From Lama glama (taxonomy: Eukaryota), in contig CM052832.1 of assembly GCA_028534125.1 (NCBI GenBank), forward strand, positions 24,058,001 to 24,122,000: a DNA stretch of 64,000 nt, written 5' to 3'. The notes beneath the pieces were generated by a model. That model was not told where the DNA came from. It was given only the letters and a program-made list of their open reading frames with translations, and ran no database searches. The translations under genes were made by a program, and so were the position numbers. Of the stretch, positions 47,961 to 62,430 are shown in pieces; the stretch's first letter is position 1, and the number at the start of each line of letters is the position of its first letter.

Positions 47961-50409
47961 GGACCATGGGAGTCTTGACCATCCTGTGACACATCAGGGC
48001 AAGAGCTGGAGCTTTAGGAAGCATTTGCATGAAAGGAATGATGTCAGATCCAGTGAATACAGCTGCTGACGCAGATGAAGGCGATGCTCTGACACATTTT
48101 TGTCTTCAGGACCAGATGGTTGGTAAAATTTTGTAAAAAAGGAATTAATCAAAATTTTTTTGTGGGCCTTCCATTGAGTGGATGGATGTTTCCAGCACAG
48201 GGCTGGTTAAGTGGGAGGATTCTATGTAGGGCCATCTAGTAATTGGTGTAACTGGAATGGATTCTAATGACCCGGGGCAGAAGGTCACGCTACTTATGGA
48301 AGTGTATGAGAGTTGGTTCTTGTCACGAGAGACCTTATTGTCAAGTCAGTGAGATGCAGCCATCTCTACAACTAACTATTGTCTGGTTAGTGACATAGAA
48401 GAAACAATTAAAATGAATTTATTTTTAAAGTGATACATTTATATATTCTAAGTTGGCAGTACAAACTAAGAGCATTTTAGAATTTCCAAGCAGGGAGGGA
48501 ACACTGTGGGCTGGAAAAGTGGCAGCCATTTGCTACCTTGGCATCACATTTTCCCGAGATGTTTTCGGAAACAGGAGAAGAAGGACCCCAGTGAGCGGTT
48601 CTGTAGGAGTTTCTGCCAGCCCCTAAACACTGCTGTGCACTGCCTTGCCTGATGGCTGGACAGCCCAGCATTAACATCATTTCTCCAATGGAGAGACCAT
48701 GTGGAAAGCCTCAGGGTGGGGGTCCTGGGCCTCAGCGTTCAGGAACGGGCATCCCAAGCTTGGCACACCCAGCAGGTAAACGAGCAGAGCGAGTGGACTG
48801 AAAGTGAGTCTGGTGTGGCCGAGAAACGTTAAGGAGACTGGAAGTCCTTGAGGGTTCACAGGGAGCAGGAGCGGAGGGCAGGTTTAGTGAGAGCCTCTTC
48901 TCTTTCCTGGAGCACCCTTCTGCCTGTCCTGGCAAGCCCCTGCTTCTCTTTAAGGCCCAGTCCCAATGTCATCACCTCCGTGGGGGTTTCAGTGACTCCT
49001 CCGGGCAACCAGGCCCTCCTCTCTGCGTGCTTCCAGGCGTCTGTTTTCCTCTTACCGCAGCCTCGATCATACTGCTCTGAACATGTTTGCCAGGCTGATT
49101 CCTCCATTAGGCTGAGTTATTTGAGGACATAAACCATGTCTTTTTTTCCCCTACGTCCCCAGGCCTCTAGGATAGTACTCAGCCTACAGAAGGAAGTCGG
49201 TGAATGTTAGCAGATTAAAGATTTAAATGACAGATATGGTCGGACTTAGTTCTCCTACCAAATAGGTTCGCTGACTGTCCTGGGACAAACTTCCCCCTTC
49301 TCTGTCTCTGCACATCAGCCTTCCCTTCAGAGCAACTCTGAACCTCCTCGCTTACCCTCTACATCTTGTGTGGTTTCCTGGGTACTTCCCACAGCCCATA
49401 GCTTCTGTGCAGCCTTCCCTGATGTGCACTGTATGCCTTTGCATTCAATCTTTGAATCCTCTGAATTCAAAGACTCTTACTCTCCTAGACCTGAATCCCC
49501 CATTTTATAATAAGGAAATGGAAAACAGCCAGCGTGGTGGCTTCACCCTGAAGTTAAGCAGCCCACATTCTGTAAAGCGAGAGCCCTGCTCCGTGAAGCT
49601 CCTTTCCATTGTCCAGGCAAAGAGGGGCATAGCTGAACAACCCAAGGGAACCAACACAGGGGTCTTCTCTGTGCCATGGCAGCCCCCTGCTCCCTAGGCT
49701 CTGGTTGTGTTCCTACATGATTATGTGTCAGAACTCTTCCAGCCCAGCCCTGCCACTGCCTTTTCTATCTGTGACCCCACTTCTGACAGTGGGTAAGCCC
49801 CTGGCTAAGGGAAATAAACTGACATCTTTTTTCTAGATCTCACTAACCTTTTTGCCTAGACTTCTAAGCACAGCCAACTGTAAAGAAATTCCTCTGTGTT
49901 AACACGTTCTTAGCAGGGCACTGTATCAGGTAAATGCAAATAAAAGTGCCTGGACAAATCGTTGAAACACGTCTGTGTCTCCGAGTGGCTGTTCTACCTG
50001 TAGTTAAACTAAAACGAAGGATCATTGCTTTTCTCCTCACCAGAGAGCTTTCACCAGTTTCAAAGTGGGCCAGTAACTCCCCGAACAGAAGAAGCAGCAA
50101 ACTATATTTAAAGCAGTGCCTGCCTGTTTCTGTTTTAGCCATTTTGGCACACCACTTGAAAAATGAAATCTTTTGGCCCAAACTCAGTTAAATCTCAGAT
50201 GCCGTTACTGTGCCAAGATCATTCCAATTTAGCATCACCTTACATTATTTAAAGCTGTGACTGGGGAAGCATCCATGGGGGCCGTTCTGAATAGAATTGG
50301 CTTGAAAGTTTGGATCTTGTTTGTTTTTTGTGTTTGCTTGCAAAGGGTGGGGGGTTGGATATCAAAAATGTATGGCAGATGGGTTTGGGAGACAAAGGAA
50401 ACTCATTGG

Positions 50410-52090
50410 TTTACCCATTCAACAAACATCTTTTTAAGCACATTGTGCCAGATACTACACTAGGTGCTAGAAATAAAGTGATAAATGAGATCCAGTCTCT
50501 GCCCTTGAGAGGCTCATGGAGATTCAAATATTTATAACCACACCAGGAGTCCTGAAAATATAAAGTGCTAAGTGCTGTTGGTGGGGGTACCAAGAACATA
50601 GCACTCACACTTTTAGAGGAGGCTTTATTTGAGCTGGAACTTGAAAAACAAGGGAACTTTGCCTGGGGAGAAGGGCATTCTAGGCAGAGGAAAGAACTGG
50701 TGAGAAGACAGAGAGGCAGGTTCTAGAAGCAAGAAGTAGTTGCAGGAAATAGAATGTTAGAGAGGTGTGAGGGACACACCTTGGAGGCAGATTTATAAGG
50801 GTCTGATTAACCATAGCAAGGACTTGAGATTGATTCTGTGAGCACACGGAGTTATTAGTTACGTTTAACAGGCAAGAGAGTCAGCAATGTTTGGGAAGGA
50901 AATGTCAGTAAACTCCATCATAGGCAGAGATTCACCACTGTGATCACGTTCCGTGTTTTAGAAAGAGAACGCTGACTGCAGTGTGGAAGATACTTGGCAC
51001 GTGGGGACCGTGGGCAAGCTTAGGGGACTAGAGATGAGCGGTGATGAAAGTCTGAACTACCGCACTTGGCACTGGCAAGGAGAGAAGAGACCAAATTAAG
51101 AGATATTTTGATGGTAAAATGAACGGGATTCAGTCTGGTTAAGTTTCATCGTGACATTGATGGAGGAATCATGCCAGACTCTGATTGGCCACTTAGGTGG
51201 CTGTGAGCTGCCAATGTCAGAATAGGATTCCAGGGGAGCTGGTTGGTCAGGCTCAGAGAAAGGACAGTGAGTGAGGGCAAGATGATGAGTCTGGCTGTGA
51301 ATGTGTCAAGTCTGATGCATCTGCAGGGCACCTTGGGCAGTAGTTCACCATACGCGACGCCCAGCCTGCCCCAGACCTGAGGAATCAGAATGTCTGGCAA
51401 ACAAGCAAGGCTTTAAAATAACTTCTTGGGTGATTTTGAGAAGATCCTCGCCCCACTGGCCTTGTTTCTGTTCCAGAAACTCCCAAGAGCCGTTCCTTGT
51501 CTTTACAAGCCTGTTGCCACCGATCTTCCAAATCTTCCCACTTAAAGACTCTTCTGTGTTATCAAGGTCTCAGCTTAAAATTCTCTCTTCAGGGAGACCT
51601 TCTCTGTCTACACAACCTAATGTAAAGGACCCTCCCTCCTCGGGTCACTACACGCAACCCTTTTGGTTGTCATCAGAGAACTTTTATTATCAAAAAGTAT
51701 GTTGTTTATAATGTGGAGTGTTTTCAGGAGGCTGTACCCCACCGACCATGTCCAATCCATGAAAACACAAGTGCTGCTTTTATAGCTCTAGTGCTTAGAA
51801 TACTCATAGCACATAGTAGTAGGTGGGCAGTAAACACTTGCTGAAGGATCTAATAGGGGAGGTAAGGAGAGGGGGAGGGAGGGAGTTAGGGAAGGAGGAG
51901 GAAGAGGGCATCACAGGAGCCCAGAACATTGGCTCTAACTCAGGACACAGGAACCAGGGATCTTCTGAAAGAAGTGAGGTCAGGCTGAATCTTGAAAAAT
52001 GAAGAGGTTCCAACTAGGTTGGGAGAATGGACTATTGTATCAGCTGGAGTGGACGGAGATTGGGTGGAGAGATGTCCTAGGCAGAGGCTG
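50410..52090. mobile_element. L2 fragments in both orientations
   Basis: CATTCAACAAACAT...TGTGCCAGATAC...; GGCATTCTAGGCAGAGG; TCTCAGCTTAAAAT...CTTCAGGGAGACCTTCTCTG...GCACATAGTAGTAGGTG. Confidence 0.7.
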
Positions 52091-52750
52091 GACTCTCTTC
52101 TGTAGCAGACCATGGAGCATCCCTTAGTGGCTGAAATGTGACGTCCCAGGCCTTCATTCTAGCAAGTCTGTTGACTGCCTCCTGTTTCTGTGACCTTTGT
52201 GGAATTGACCTGACACACCTCTGTGTCACCTCTTTCTCAGCCTGGTTTCTTCTATTAAATTCCTACCAACTGCAAGCATGCAATTAGAAGAGGTAGTTTG
52301 AAAACAGGAAATGGAAAGGTCCTTCAAAAAGTACCCCATTTCGGGGGTCGATACCTCCAGGAGCCTGCCTCTACTAAGAACTGGGCTCTGAGTGCTCCGT
52401 GTGATCTGCCTGCTGTTAGACTGAGCCCCTGCCGCGTGCTGTTTGGGCAAGATGTTGGTGAGAAGAATGCCGAGTGATTGCTGTTTCTCTGGGCCCCTCT
52501 AGAAACTGAGATGCTTCTTCACGAAGACCGTCTCATATGCTGCATTCAAAGGACTTATTTCTTCTGGATTTCTTTAACTGGTCTTTAGTGCTTGCCTGTG
52601 AGGCTTTCCCTGTGTGCTTCCTTTCCCTCACATCATCCCCCTTTTCTGTCCCCTTTCCTTTAAATCCACATCGGAAATAAAAACCTCACAGATTTAGAAT
52701 CGTTTAGTTTCGACAAGATTAAACAGGCAGAGTCAGGCTCATTCTTAACT

Positions 52751-53055
52751 CAGTGTTTCCCCAAACTCCAGCTCGTCGACTCCGTATCACCCTGGTGGCC
52801 TTTTCCATGGGCATATGATGTCAGCACCATCGCTATTTTTCTTTCAGTAGACTTCCTGTTTACTTTCTGGGTACTCATCTTAAGCATTGTAAAGTCGTAA
52901 GTAAGATGTTATGTTTAGAAATTGTCCAAAGGCACATTAAAATAATCAACTATTAAAAGGAAAAATATCTGGGCTTCTCAATAAAATTGGGGGGAAAATC
53001 TATTCTTTACCAACTGAATTCACCATAGGAAGGTTCTGGAACTTGGGAAACACTG
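52751..53055. mobile_element. hAT-Charlie-type MITE
   Basis: TIRs CAGTGTTTCCCCAAACT and ACTTGGGAAACACTG. Confidence 0.65.
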
Positions 53056-53889
53056 GCCCAAGGCCAAGACCTGAGCAGTTTACATCTGCAGTGGCTGACC
53101 TCATTGCTGCTGAGGATGCTGACCCAGCCATGGGGTTTTATGTGGCTTCTTCAGGCATGTTTGCTTCGTTTTAATTGGGATCCAGGGTTACTGAATTCTT
53201 AAGAGTGTTTTGCAGGCTGATTAATGAGTTAATATTCATAATCACGCTTCGCAAATCAAGAGAGTCAAAGGCATGCTAAATACCATGACTTTGAAAACAC
53301 TTTATAAGCAGCAGTCACCCTTTATGTCTGAAAGAGGAAGAGTTCTCTTTCAGGCCTCCAGAACTCTGGCCCTCCCACAGCGCTGTATCACCCTTCCCTT
53401 CTCCTGCTGAATGTTTTATGGTCTCCCCAGTTTTGAGGCTTTTATCCCTGGTCTTTCTAGTTTTTCCTTTGAGGCTTCACAGTGCAGCTCTTACCAGTCA
53501 AGTTTGTCATCACGCGTTGGCTCTGAAGATATTCCTGCGTGTTTTGTAACCCTTTGTGTATATCCACTTACTGAGTTTTGGAAGGCAATGAGGTGTTCCA
53601 TACCAATGAGTCTTCAGATAATTAAAGCTTATCCTCTGTACGCTCCCAAATATTTTTTAAAATCTCAACCGTTTTGATAGAAATCTTTCTAAATATATTA
53701 CACACTTGGTTGCCTTCTTATATCAACATCATATAATTTCACCCTGGAAGACAGAAATATGTGTATAATAGAAGCAGCATCTCAAATCAGCCTGTGTTTG
53801 TTTATGTTTGTGGTTTTCTCTTTGACCCAGCAGTGACACCATCACATGCTAATGAGGTTGATTTGCGGGGGGGTTTGTTTTGTTCTGAC

Positions 53890-55900
53890 TCCTAGGTCCT
53901 GTCTTCAAGGAGCTCACAATTCTATGGGGGAAGTAGAGATGTGAATATGCTGAAGACATAATTAGTGATCAATAGTGTGAGAATCTAAGAACATATACAG
54001 TCAAGGACAAGTCATAGTCTTGTTGGGTCAGAGAGGATGCATGGGAGAAATAAAAAAATGCCTGAATTTGTAATGATGAAAAGTCTGTCTGGAGGACCAG
54101 CTAGGTGAATGTATTCTGAGGGAGAGAAGAGAAAAGAAAACATGGAAGCTTGAATAAGTGACTTGTCTGCTGATAAAATCTGCAGAGCTGTGAATGTAAA
54201 GATGGCTGTGTTTGCCAAGTCAATTTTCAATTTTCGTTTGATTGCAATGAGGAGCCCTGAAGATTTGTAAAGGATAAAGTGACATGAGAAGATCTCAGTT
54301 TTAGGAATTCCACTCTGGATTGTTCTTGCATTCAACAGCTAATTAAGTATCCGCTCTGAACAGAAATGGACCTGTTCATGCACCTTAGACAAGTGACCAC
54401 CGTGGGCGAACTCCTTGCTCTCATGGAGGTAGAATTGGGAGTGAAATGGGAGTTAAGCCCATTAGGAGATAAACTAAATTTGTCCAAGAGATAAGTTTTG
54501 AGAGAGTTTTGCACTGATTGAACTGATAGGAATTGATGTAAATGTAGGAGATGACTCTAGGAATGTTCCCACGATTCAGGCTAGGGTGTAGATTGATGGC
54601 GGTGGGCATTCACTGAGACAGACCAGCAGCTCTTTGTGGGAAGAGACCGTCTCATCTGTCTTTGGGAGTGTTCCCTGGCCCTGCTGACTTAATAATCTCC
54701 CTCCACTCTGAGCCACATAATCATCTTCTTTTTCATGCTGTCTCTATATCTAGTACATCCTTCTAGTTTTACTTCTGTTATTAAACTATAAGTTACATAT
54801 TTGTTTGTCTTTCTTTCCTACCATTCTCTGAAATCTCATTTATCTCTGCAAGCCCAGGACCAAGCACTTAGACACTTGGTACTTCAGGAAACCTTAGTTG
54901 AATTATCAGTAGTGAATGAAAGGTGCTTAGCGGGAGGGCAAGGTTTTTTGATTGGGGGTTGGGGTGGGTTAAGAAGTAATTGACCAAGATGACTGGTTAA
55001 ACTTTGAACATGTTGAATTGGAAGAGAACACGTAAGGAGAAAGAACAGAGCATTAGATATGGATTTCAGATGCACCAGCACGTATTAAGATATGAGTGTG
55101 AATGATATTCATTGGGCAGAGGCTTCCCAAGCATTTTATTCTTAGAGTAAAAAAGACTCAGAATTTTAAAAAGAAGGGGCTATTGGAAGACCATGAGGTA
55201 ATCCCAAAGCAAAAGGAGATCAAGGGGAGGGAATAAAAAATGAGTTTCCAGAGAAGTAGAAGTAAAACAAGAAGAGAGGAGTGTCATTTAATTCACAAAA
55301 TAGAATTTCAAGGAGGTATCTCCTAAGATAAGAGTACAGTGTGTCCACCTTTCTTTGGCAATCACCTAGGCTAGGATGGTTTCAGTGTAATGGTGGGGCC
55401 AACAGTCAGACTTGCATCAGGATGGTGCAAAAATGCAACTGTTCAAGGCAGTCTGTTCTTCCAAGGAGCCTCAAGAGGGGAAGGGGTAGAAAAGGGTAAT
55501 TACTGAGGTTGATGGGCTCTATCCCAGAAGCCAGGGAGAGGTTTCCTAAATTGTGAAGGATTTAATATACTTTGTACCAAAGGGACATGGAAGAGGAGAT
55601 AGCTAATGGAGCAAGGTCCCTCAGAAGACAAGGTGGAGGCGTTGACTTTGAACATGAGGGAGATGCCTGCTCTTCAGGATGGGAGGGAAAGACACGGAAT
55701 GAATGCTTGTAGGCAAGGAGCTAGGAGGTTGAGAGAATGCATGGTAGATGGCCTGAACGTTCTGTTTGTAGTAAAAATGCAGGGATGTAAAAATGAAGAA
55801 GGGAACAGAAGGACAAGGTCTGGGGTCTCAGGGAAGGTCTTGAAGGCTTGGGATCACATTTTGAGGAATGGAAGATGCTAACTGGCGTTGGGCATGTGGA
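53890..55900. mobile_element. Long degenerate L2 region
   Basis: GTCTTCAAGGAGCTCACAATTCTA...; AGGATAAAGTGACATGAGAAGATCTCAGTTTTAGGAA..CACTCTGG; purine-rich L2-like body to about 55900. Confidence 0.55.
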
Positions 55901-56419
55901 GAAATACCTGAGAAGGTATTGCCCCGCCCATCTTCCCAGCCTGACTTCCACCATTTATTCTAAGTCTCTGAATCTCTTACTGTACCGATTCCAACGAACC
56001 CTCTGATCTCGCCTTGCAACCTGCTAGGAGGAGCGATTTATCTTTCCCCTGTGCTTTCGAGTGGGAAGGAACAGCTTCCAGCAGACTGCAGCTAAAAACA
56101 CTGCCCCTTGGAAACAAAAGACGCTTTCTTTTCTGCCCCTGCCTGCTGTTCCCTTTGCAGGATCTGGCCAATGAGGATTTGAGTATTACTTTCATGCACA
56201 TCAAAATTGTCCCGAGACTTGATTTTTAAAACGTCCTCTCACTTTTCCTTCCGTCCCCGACTGCGTGTGTGGGCTGCATCGGGTTCTTTACTCTATGGTT
56301 AAAGGGCCTGGGAGGCTGGGCTTTTACTGTCCTGGGGTCAGCTTTTTGTAGTTATGCTGACTCTTCCCTCTCTCCTTTTGTCACCTATTGTCAGTCTCCC
56401 CACCTGTGATCGCCCTCAC

Positions 56420-56869
56420 GTATACTAGGTTCCTAAGACTGTCATAACAAAGCACCACAAATCGGATGCTTTAAAACAACAAAACTCTATTCTCTTGCAT
56501 TCCGGTGGCTAGAAGTCGAAAATCAAGGTGTCAGCAGGGCCACACTCTGTCTAAAGCCCAGGGAAGAATTCTCTCCTGCTTCTTTCTAGCTTCTGGTGGC
56601 TGTTGGCAGTCCTTGGCAGTCCTTGGCTTGACACTGCATCACTTGGATCTCTGCTCCGTCTTCATATGGTCATCTTTCCTCTGTGTGTGTGCGTCTGTTT
56701 GTCTGTCTGTATCTGGGTCTTGTAAGGACACCAGTCATTGGATTTAGGGCCCGTCCTAATTCAGTAAAAACCTTGGCTTAACAAATTACATCTGTAACAA
56801 CCCCTACTTCCAAATAAAGTCACATTCCGAGGTTTTGGAGGGACATGCATTTCCGGGGGACCCAGTACA
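56420..56869 (-). mobile_element. MaLR solo LTR (MLT1C-like)
   Basis: CATAACAAAGCACCACAAA...GGCTAGAAGTCGAAAATCAAGGTGTCAGCAGGGCCACAC...TAAGGACACCAGTCATTGGATTTAGGGCCC...CCCAGTACA. Confidence 0.88.
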
Positions 56870-59800
56870 GCCTTCTTCTGACTTCCTATTGTTAATGTGC
56901 TCTGAGCTGGGATATTCGTAGAGCCAAGCACAGCCTCTTCTTCCCTGGAGTCTCGAGTCGGCCTCCCTCCCGCATCCTCAAGGTGGCTCTAGCCCCCAGA
57001 TTTCTTAGGAAGTGTTACTATCTCTGCTGTAAAAGGTCTAGGAGGAAAGCCTATCCATGTCTGCTGTCCTCCACATGAGGCTCACACAGAGGTGGTGGAG
57101 CAGGTGGGGACTCCTGACCTGTGGCCATGGGGCCTCTAGATGGGGGTCACAAGTAATAATTCCTAGTGCCTAGCATTTTTTTTTCTGGACTCTTTGTATC
57201 AAATGAAAGCTACCCATCAAACCAAGACCTCAAACATCTCCTAAAATGAAATATTAAAACTCATGCTATGTTGGATTTCAGAGTCTGTGTGCTTGCTGAT
57301 AAGCGTACTTGATTTCCACAGATCAGATAATTCTTTTTGTTATTTTTCCCCCTTTTCACCATGCTGAGTGGAGTCATTTGCTGGTAATTTAGCCATCAGG
57401 TATAATTTTTGCCCCTTCCTGATTTTCATTTTTAATTTGCAGACTCCCACTTGACCTACTTATTAGGCTTGAAAGCTGCAGGTCTCTGGTGCCTTCCTCA
57501 CCCTGCACAAAGACACATGGGAAGGGGCATGCCTTCTTCCCACTGAGTTCAGAGGAGTGTCCCTAAGGGAGCAGCAGGTGGAGATGCTCCCCTCTGCCTT
57601 CCTCTGGGACCCTGTTCTCCACAATGTGACGCTGGCCTAAATGTGTATTACCGATGTCTTGACTTATTCAGTGTGTACCTCAGAGGTTTTTTAGTCACCT
57701 CTTGTTCTGATGTTGAGGGAAGCATTCTTAACAGGCAGGGTAGCCATTGCTTGAATCTTTAGTATTTTCTCCAAGGTGACTCCCCCCACCACTCCATCTT
57801 CAGATAAACCCCCTCCCCATCTTCAATCAAGAACATACGGGAGTAAACACGAGCTGAATCAAGAGACTTAAAGCAGATGCCGGGCAGAAAAGTACAAATT
57901 AGGAGTATTTACAGGATGACAGAAAGGGAGCTGGGAGGGAAATGTATAGAGGAGTAAACAGGAGGGTTTGTCCAACCAAAGAATTACCTCTCCACGTTTT
58001 ATTTTCAATTATCAGCTTTTAGTCAATCCTTGATTTCTTATACTTCCACAAATTCTTTTTTTTTTAACTTCCACGAATTCTTACACAGTGTTTCTGTTTT
58101 TCTTACTATTGATTCTCACTTTTCTCCACCTTGGCTATCTTTTTTTTTTTTTTTTTGCACCCTGTTGGAATATTTATGACTGGGTAGCTTGAAGTGATTT
58201 TGGTCAGGCATTAATTTCTCTCTGAGCACTTTCTATTTCCTCCGTGGCTTTCTCTTCAACAGCTTTATCCTGTTTCATTTCCCTGGGCACTTTCCCCCTT
58301 CTTCCAAAATTAGCTCTACTAAAATTTAATGTCTTTAGTTTCCCCTTCTGCTGTGGCTTCAATTCTCCCTCGTCTAAACACAACTATTATTAGCCAATCC
58401 TTTTGCTCGTGGGCAAGTCTGTCGCTCCAGCCTCCCATACTTTCATGATGCCCTTGGTCCTGGATCCAGACAAACACTGCTGATCTCGCTTCGCCTCGTG
58501 CCCGTGGTTGGCATGAAGCCCCGCCCTGTGCGAGGGACACACCTATGATGTAAGCTTCCTCTGCTCGCAGGGCGTCCTAGTTTGTCACCGAGCCCGGCGG
58601 TGTCCAGCTGACTGCTCCTTCCTCTGATACTATGAGCGCTGCCTAAACTGCTGTGACAGTACATCCCACGGTTTAAACGCAAATTCCCTTTGGACTGTTA
58701 AAAGGGAATGCACTGAAGAAAACCACAGCCTGATTTTTTTCTTTTTCCCCCTCATGTGCTGCATTTTCTGACACTACTGAAACATTCACGTGGAATGTGC
58801 AGGCTTTCGCTCTCAGCTTTCCACTTTCAAGATGTTCAGTCTGGGCTTGCTCTCCGCCGTGTTTAGGGTATTTTATTCAGCATTCAACTTGAAAGCTTAA
58901 TTTGATGGACATGACTGAAAGATGGAGGCAAAAATTGTTGCTGTTTATGCTCCCAGCCTTCTGGAATAGTGGAAAAATACTCACCTCTCCTGAACATTTG
59001 CTCCGCTGCTGTTGCCAAATTATCTAACAGCCAGTCACTCTCCAGTGTGACAGCATGGTATTTATTTTTAAAAAATTATGCATTGTGGTGTCTGTTTCTG
59101 CCTATGACAGGTTCCTTATAATAATAATGGTAATGCCTTTGCCATTCCATAGTGCCTTTTAATTCAAGAATCTTCCAGTGCTTTGGGCCCTCAGCGCCTC
59201 TGTGGAATTTCATAGCCAAGGAGGCAGGGACAGAGATAAAGTTACAAGAAAGGCAGAGCTGTGTGTTGGGTTCTCAGCAGCCTGGGTCTCAACCAATTGG
59301 AAGGTCTTTTGTCTCCAATTTAGGGACCCATTTTTCCTTCTCTCTTCCCAGCCCCACACTCACCATCCCCTCCTGCTTTCTCTGTAGTGGTGAGCTGCTT
59401 CTCAACTCCCTCTCTTTCTCTCTGCATTTCCCCCACCATTCACAGACCCTCGAAGGTGGGCCCAGGAACGAGCGAAGTGCCTTCCACTCCCAAGGCACCG
59501 TGATAGCGGAAGCCCCACTTTTCTCTTTCGCAGTTTCTTGACCTCACTGGGATTTTTATGGTGTGAAACGGTAACAGGTTAGTATGAGAACTGGATGGAA
59601 GGATAGTCTTTCTTCTCTAAAGGGAAAGAAGACAAACACTTGTCTGTGGACCCTTCTTATCTGATGGTCCTCTTCCATAGCCCCAGCTGATACCTAGAAA
59701 AGTGTCAGTAGTTCCAATAATTTATTTGCTTGTTTATAAATAAGTGGAAAATATATTGATTCAGTTCCTTCCCGCAGATATCCATTTTGACAAGGGGATG

Positions 59801-61275
59801 TGCTGTAGGGGTTGGTCTGGGGCACAAAGATGAGACTAGGACACGTTGGCTGCCCACAAGGAGCTCTGTGTAACTCAGGAAGTGGGGGATTGACATGAGT
59901 GTAGACACTTATAGGAGGAACACAGACCTTGTGAAGAGAAATGCAAAGCTCAGCTGCTACTGAAAGTGGGGGGGGGGCATGTGTAACTGAGGGACCCAGG
60001 AGAAAGTTTTGTTAAAGAGATGAGATTTGAGGTGGATTTTAGGGGACGAGAAGGATGTTAAAAGACTGAGACCGGAAAAAGAACAGCATAAAGATAGAAC
60101 AGAAAGCCAGCCCCTTTGGCTCAAGTGCAGAGTGTAAGTAAGGAGATTGGTGGGACCGTGGGAGTGCGAACAGCTCGACCATTGGCTGGAATTTTCTATG
60201 GGCAGGTCTCGGTTATGGATGAAAATTTCTGCATCAGTCTAAAGATGAAGGGCAGCCTCTGAACAGGGAGGGGCTGAGCAGAGCCATCCTTAGGAAAATC
60301 ACTCAGGCAATAGTGTGTAGAAAAAACAAAGGTAAAGAGACCTATAAATGGAGAAAGTGGGAAATAATTGTATAGATGAAATGACATTGCATCCTTGGGC
60401 TCAGGAGGCCCAATAATTTATTCCCAAAGCCCTAAAGTCACTGATTTCCTGCTGTCTATGCAACCAAATCAGAAGCATCCATTGTGTTACTGTGAAAAAC
60501 TCAGCAGTAACATCCCTGACTTCCAGCAAGGCGTTCGTACCACTGTGGGATAGATACAAAGGGGTTCTCAGCCAGAGCGTGTTGTAAGGGTATTTCCCAT
60601 GTTACTAAATTAACATTAATCTCCTTTTCCCTTGTGTAGACTTAGCTCCGTGGGTTCTAAATCCATTTCCAAGAAAAGCGTCCTTACTAAGATATTAAAG
60701 CTTGCACTTTAAAAAGTGAGAAGAGAAAAGAGAAAGAATGAGAAATGACCTGACAGCCACACCTGGGCAGTGCCTCCAAACACACATCTGTAAGCACCGA
60801 GAAACAGGCCTCTTGAGCTGAGCGCGTGTATTTCATTGCCTATTGGCAGTGATCCTGTTCTGTCAGAATGGCCACTCGAAATTGTTGGAGCGTTGTCTGT
60901 TGAAGGAAGGAGTGGAGCTTGCCCGCTGGTTATTGCAAAGGGAGACCAGGGTCACACCCCTTCTTTAACACTTTGCATGCTCAGGCAAGGGTGCTGGAAG
61001 ATGGACTTTCTCTGCTAAGGAACCCGGACCTTGAGCCTGCATTTTCCTGTTGGGTACCCTGTCATTTACTAACATTTCTCTGTTTGATTGTTATTGTTGA
61101 GTTAATCTTGGCAGTCGAATAGCTAACGAATGCCCCAATTGACGCCTGAATGCCGTTTGGATTATAATAACGGGTACCGAGATGTGTAGCTTCATTCCTT
61201 TTAGACTTGTAAGAAAATCTGTGTCTTTTCTTCGAGGTTCAGTGATTGTAACTTTGTATGTATGCATAGCACGTG

Positions 61276-61305
61276 GTGTGTGTGTATGTGTGTGTGTGTG
61301 TGTGT
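61276..61305. repeat. (TG)n microsatellite
   Basis: GTGTGTGTGTATGTGTGTGTGTGTGTGTGT. Confidence 0.9.
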
Positions 61306-62079
61306 ACACAGAAATTTCTTATCTGCTTTCATAGCACTTGGCCAACCAACAGACCGAACTACTTACTCAAATAGCAGCAAACTAAGCAGGGTAACTGGCC
61401 AGAAGTGACTGTTGTCTAGGTTGGGGCATCCTGTTGAGTGAAACCTTCTCTGGGGTTTGGTGGAAGTTTATTTTTCAATTGGATCTAGACCAAAAGCCTC
61501 AAATGCGTAAAGTTCTTATAACTCCGTCTTTTTAGAAAATCAAAAGCCGTGTATTCACACCTCATTTATTCCAACCAGCATGTAGTCCCTGTGATTTTGT
61601 GACTATCATGTGAGCCAGGGAGAAAATTATGACCAAATATCAGTCATCGAAATTCATCTTGAAGTGTCATTTTAAAAAATTATGTATTTGTCAGTATCTG
61701 ACGTGACGGAGATGGCTAGAAGCAGTTATTCTGTTGGTCGAGAGTAACTGAGAGATCGTGCTATGTTTTAATAGCCATTGAGCTATCACCAATGGTTTGG
61801 CCTGTCGGTATCACTTCAAGATCTGTTTGTTAGCATCTTCACAGTTGCTCTAAGTAGAAATAAAGTTCATTGGTCTCATATTAGTGGGCAGCTGCATAGA
61901 TGTTTATCATGTGAGCATTTAAATAGAGCTATGAGGTTTTAGACCTTAATAGTATTGATTCACTACTTCAGAAAACAGAATTATTTGGAGTACACCAGAA
62001 GCTGAACAACAGTTTTGAAACCCTTGTCATGAAAAGGCTACATCCAAATACCTTAACAGCATATTCGTCCATTGAGTAC

Positions 62080-62430
62080 TTAATGGTTGAACTGTGATTT
62101 GAAGACCAAACAGGAATTAACCAGGCAAGAGGGGAGAAAGATAACTCAAGGTAGAGGAAGCAATACGTGCAAAGTCCCTGTGGTGGACAGGAGCACAAGT
62201 AGTATAGGAAGGAAGGAGGGCTGATGGGGCTGGAACAGGGTCTGGAGTCAGAGAGGCTGTAGGCCCTGATGGGGGTGGGACCAGGGCAGGAACAGTCTGC
62301 GTGGCGCTCCATTAACCTTGTTAAGGAATTTTGTCAAAACAATGGTGAGCCTTTAAATACTCTAAGGGAAGGGGTGATGAAAAAATTTTGAGTTTTTAAA
62401 AGATCAGTCTGACCATGATTTGAAAAAAAA
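62080..62430. mobile_element. L2 fragment
   Basis: GGAATTAACCAGGCAAGA...GTGCAAAGTCCCTGTGG...TTGTTAAGGAATTT...TTTTAAAAGATCAGTCTG. Confidence 0.65.
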
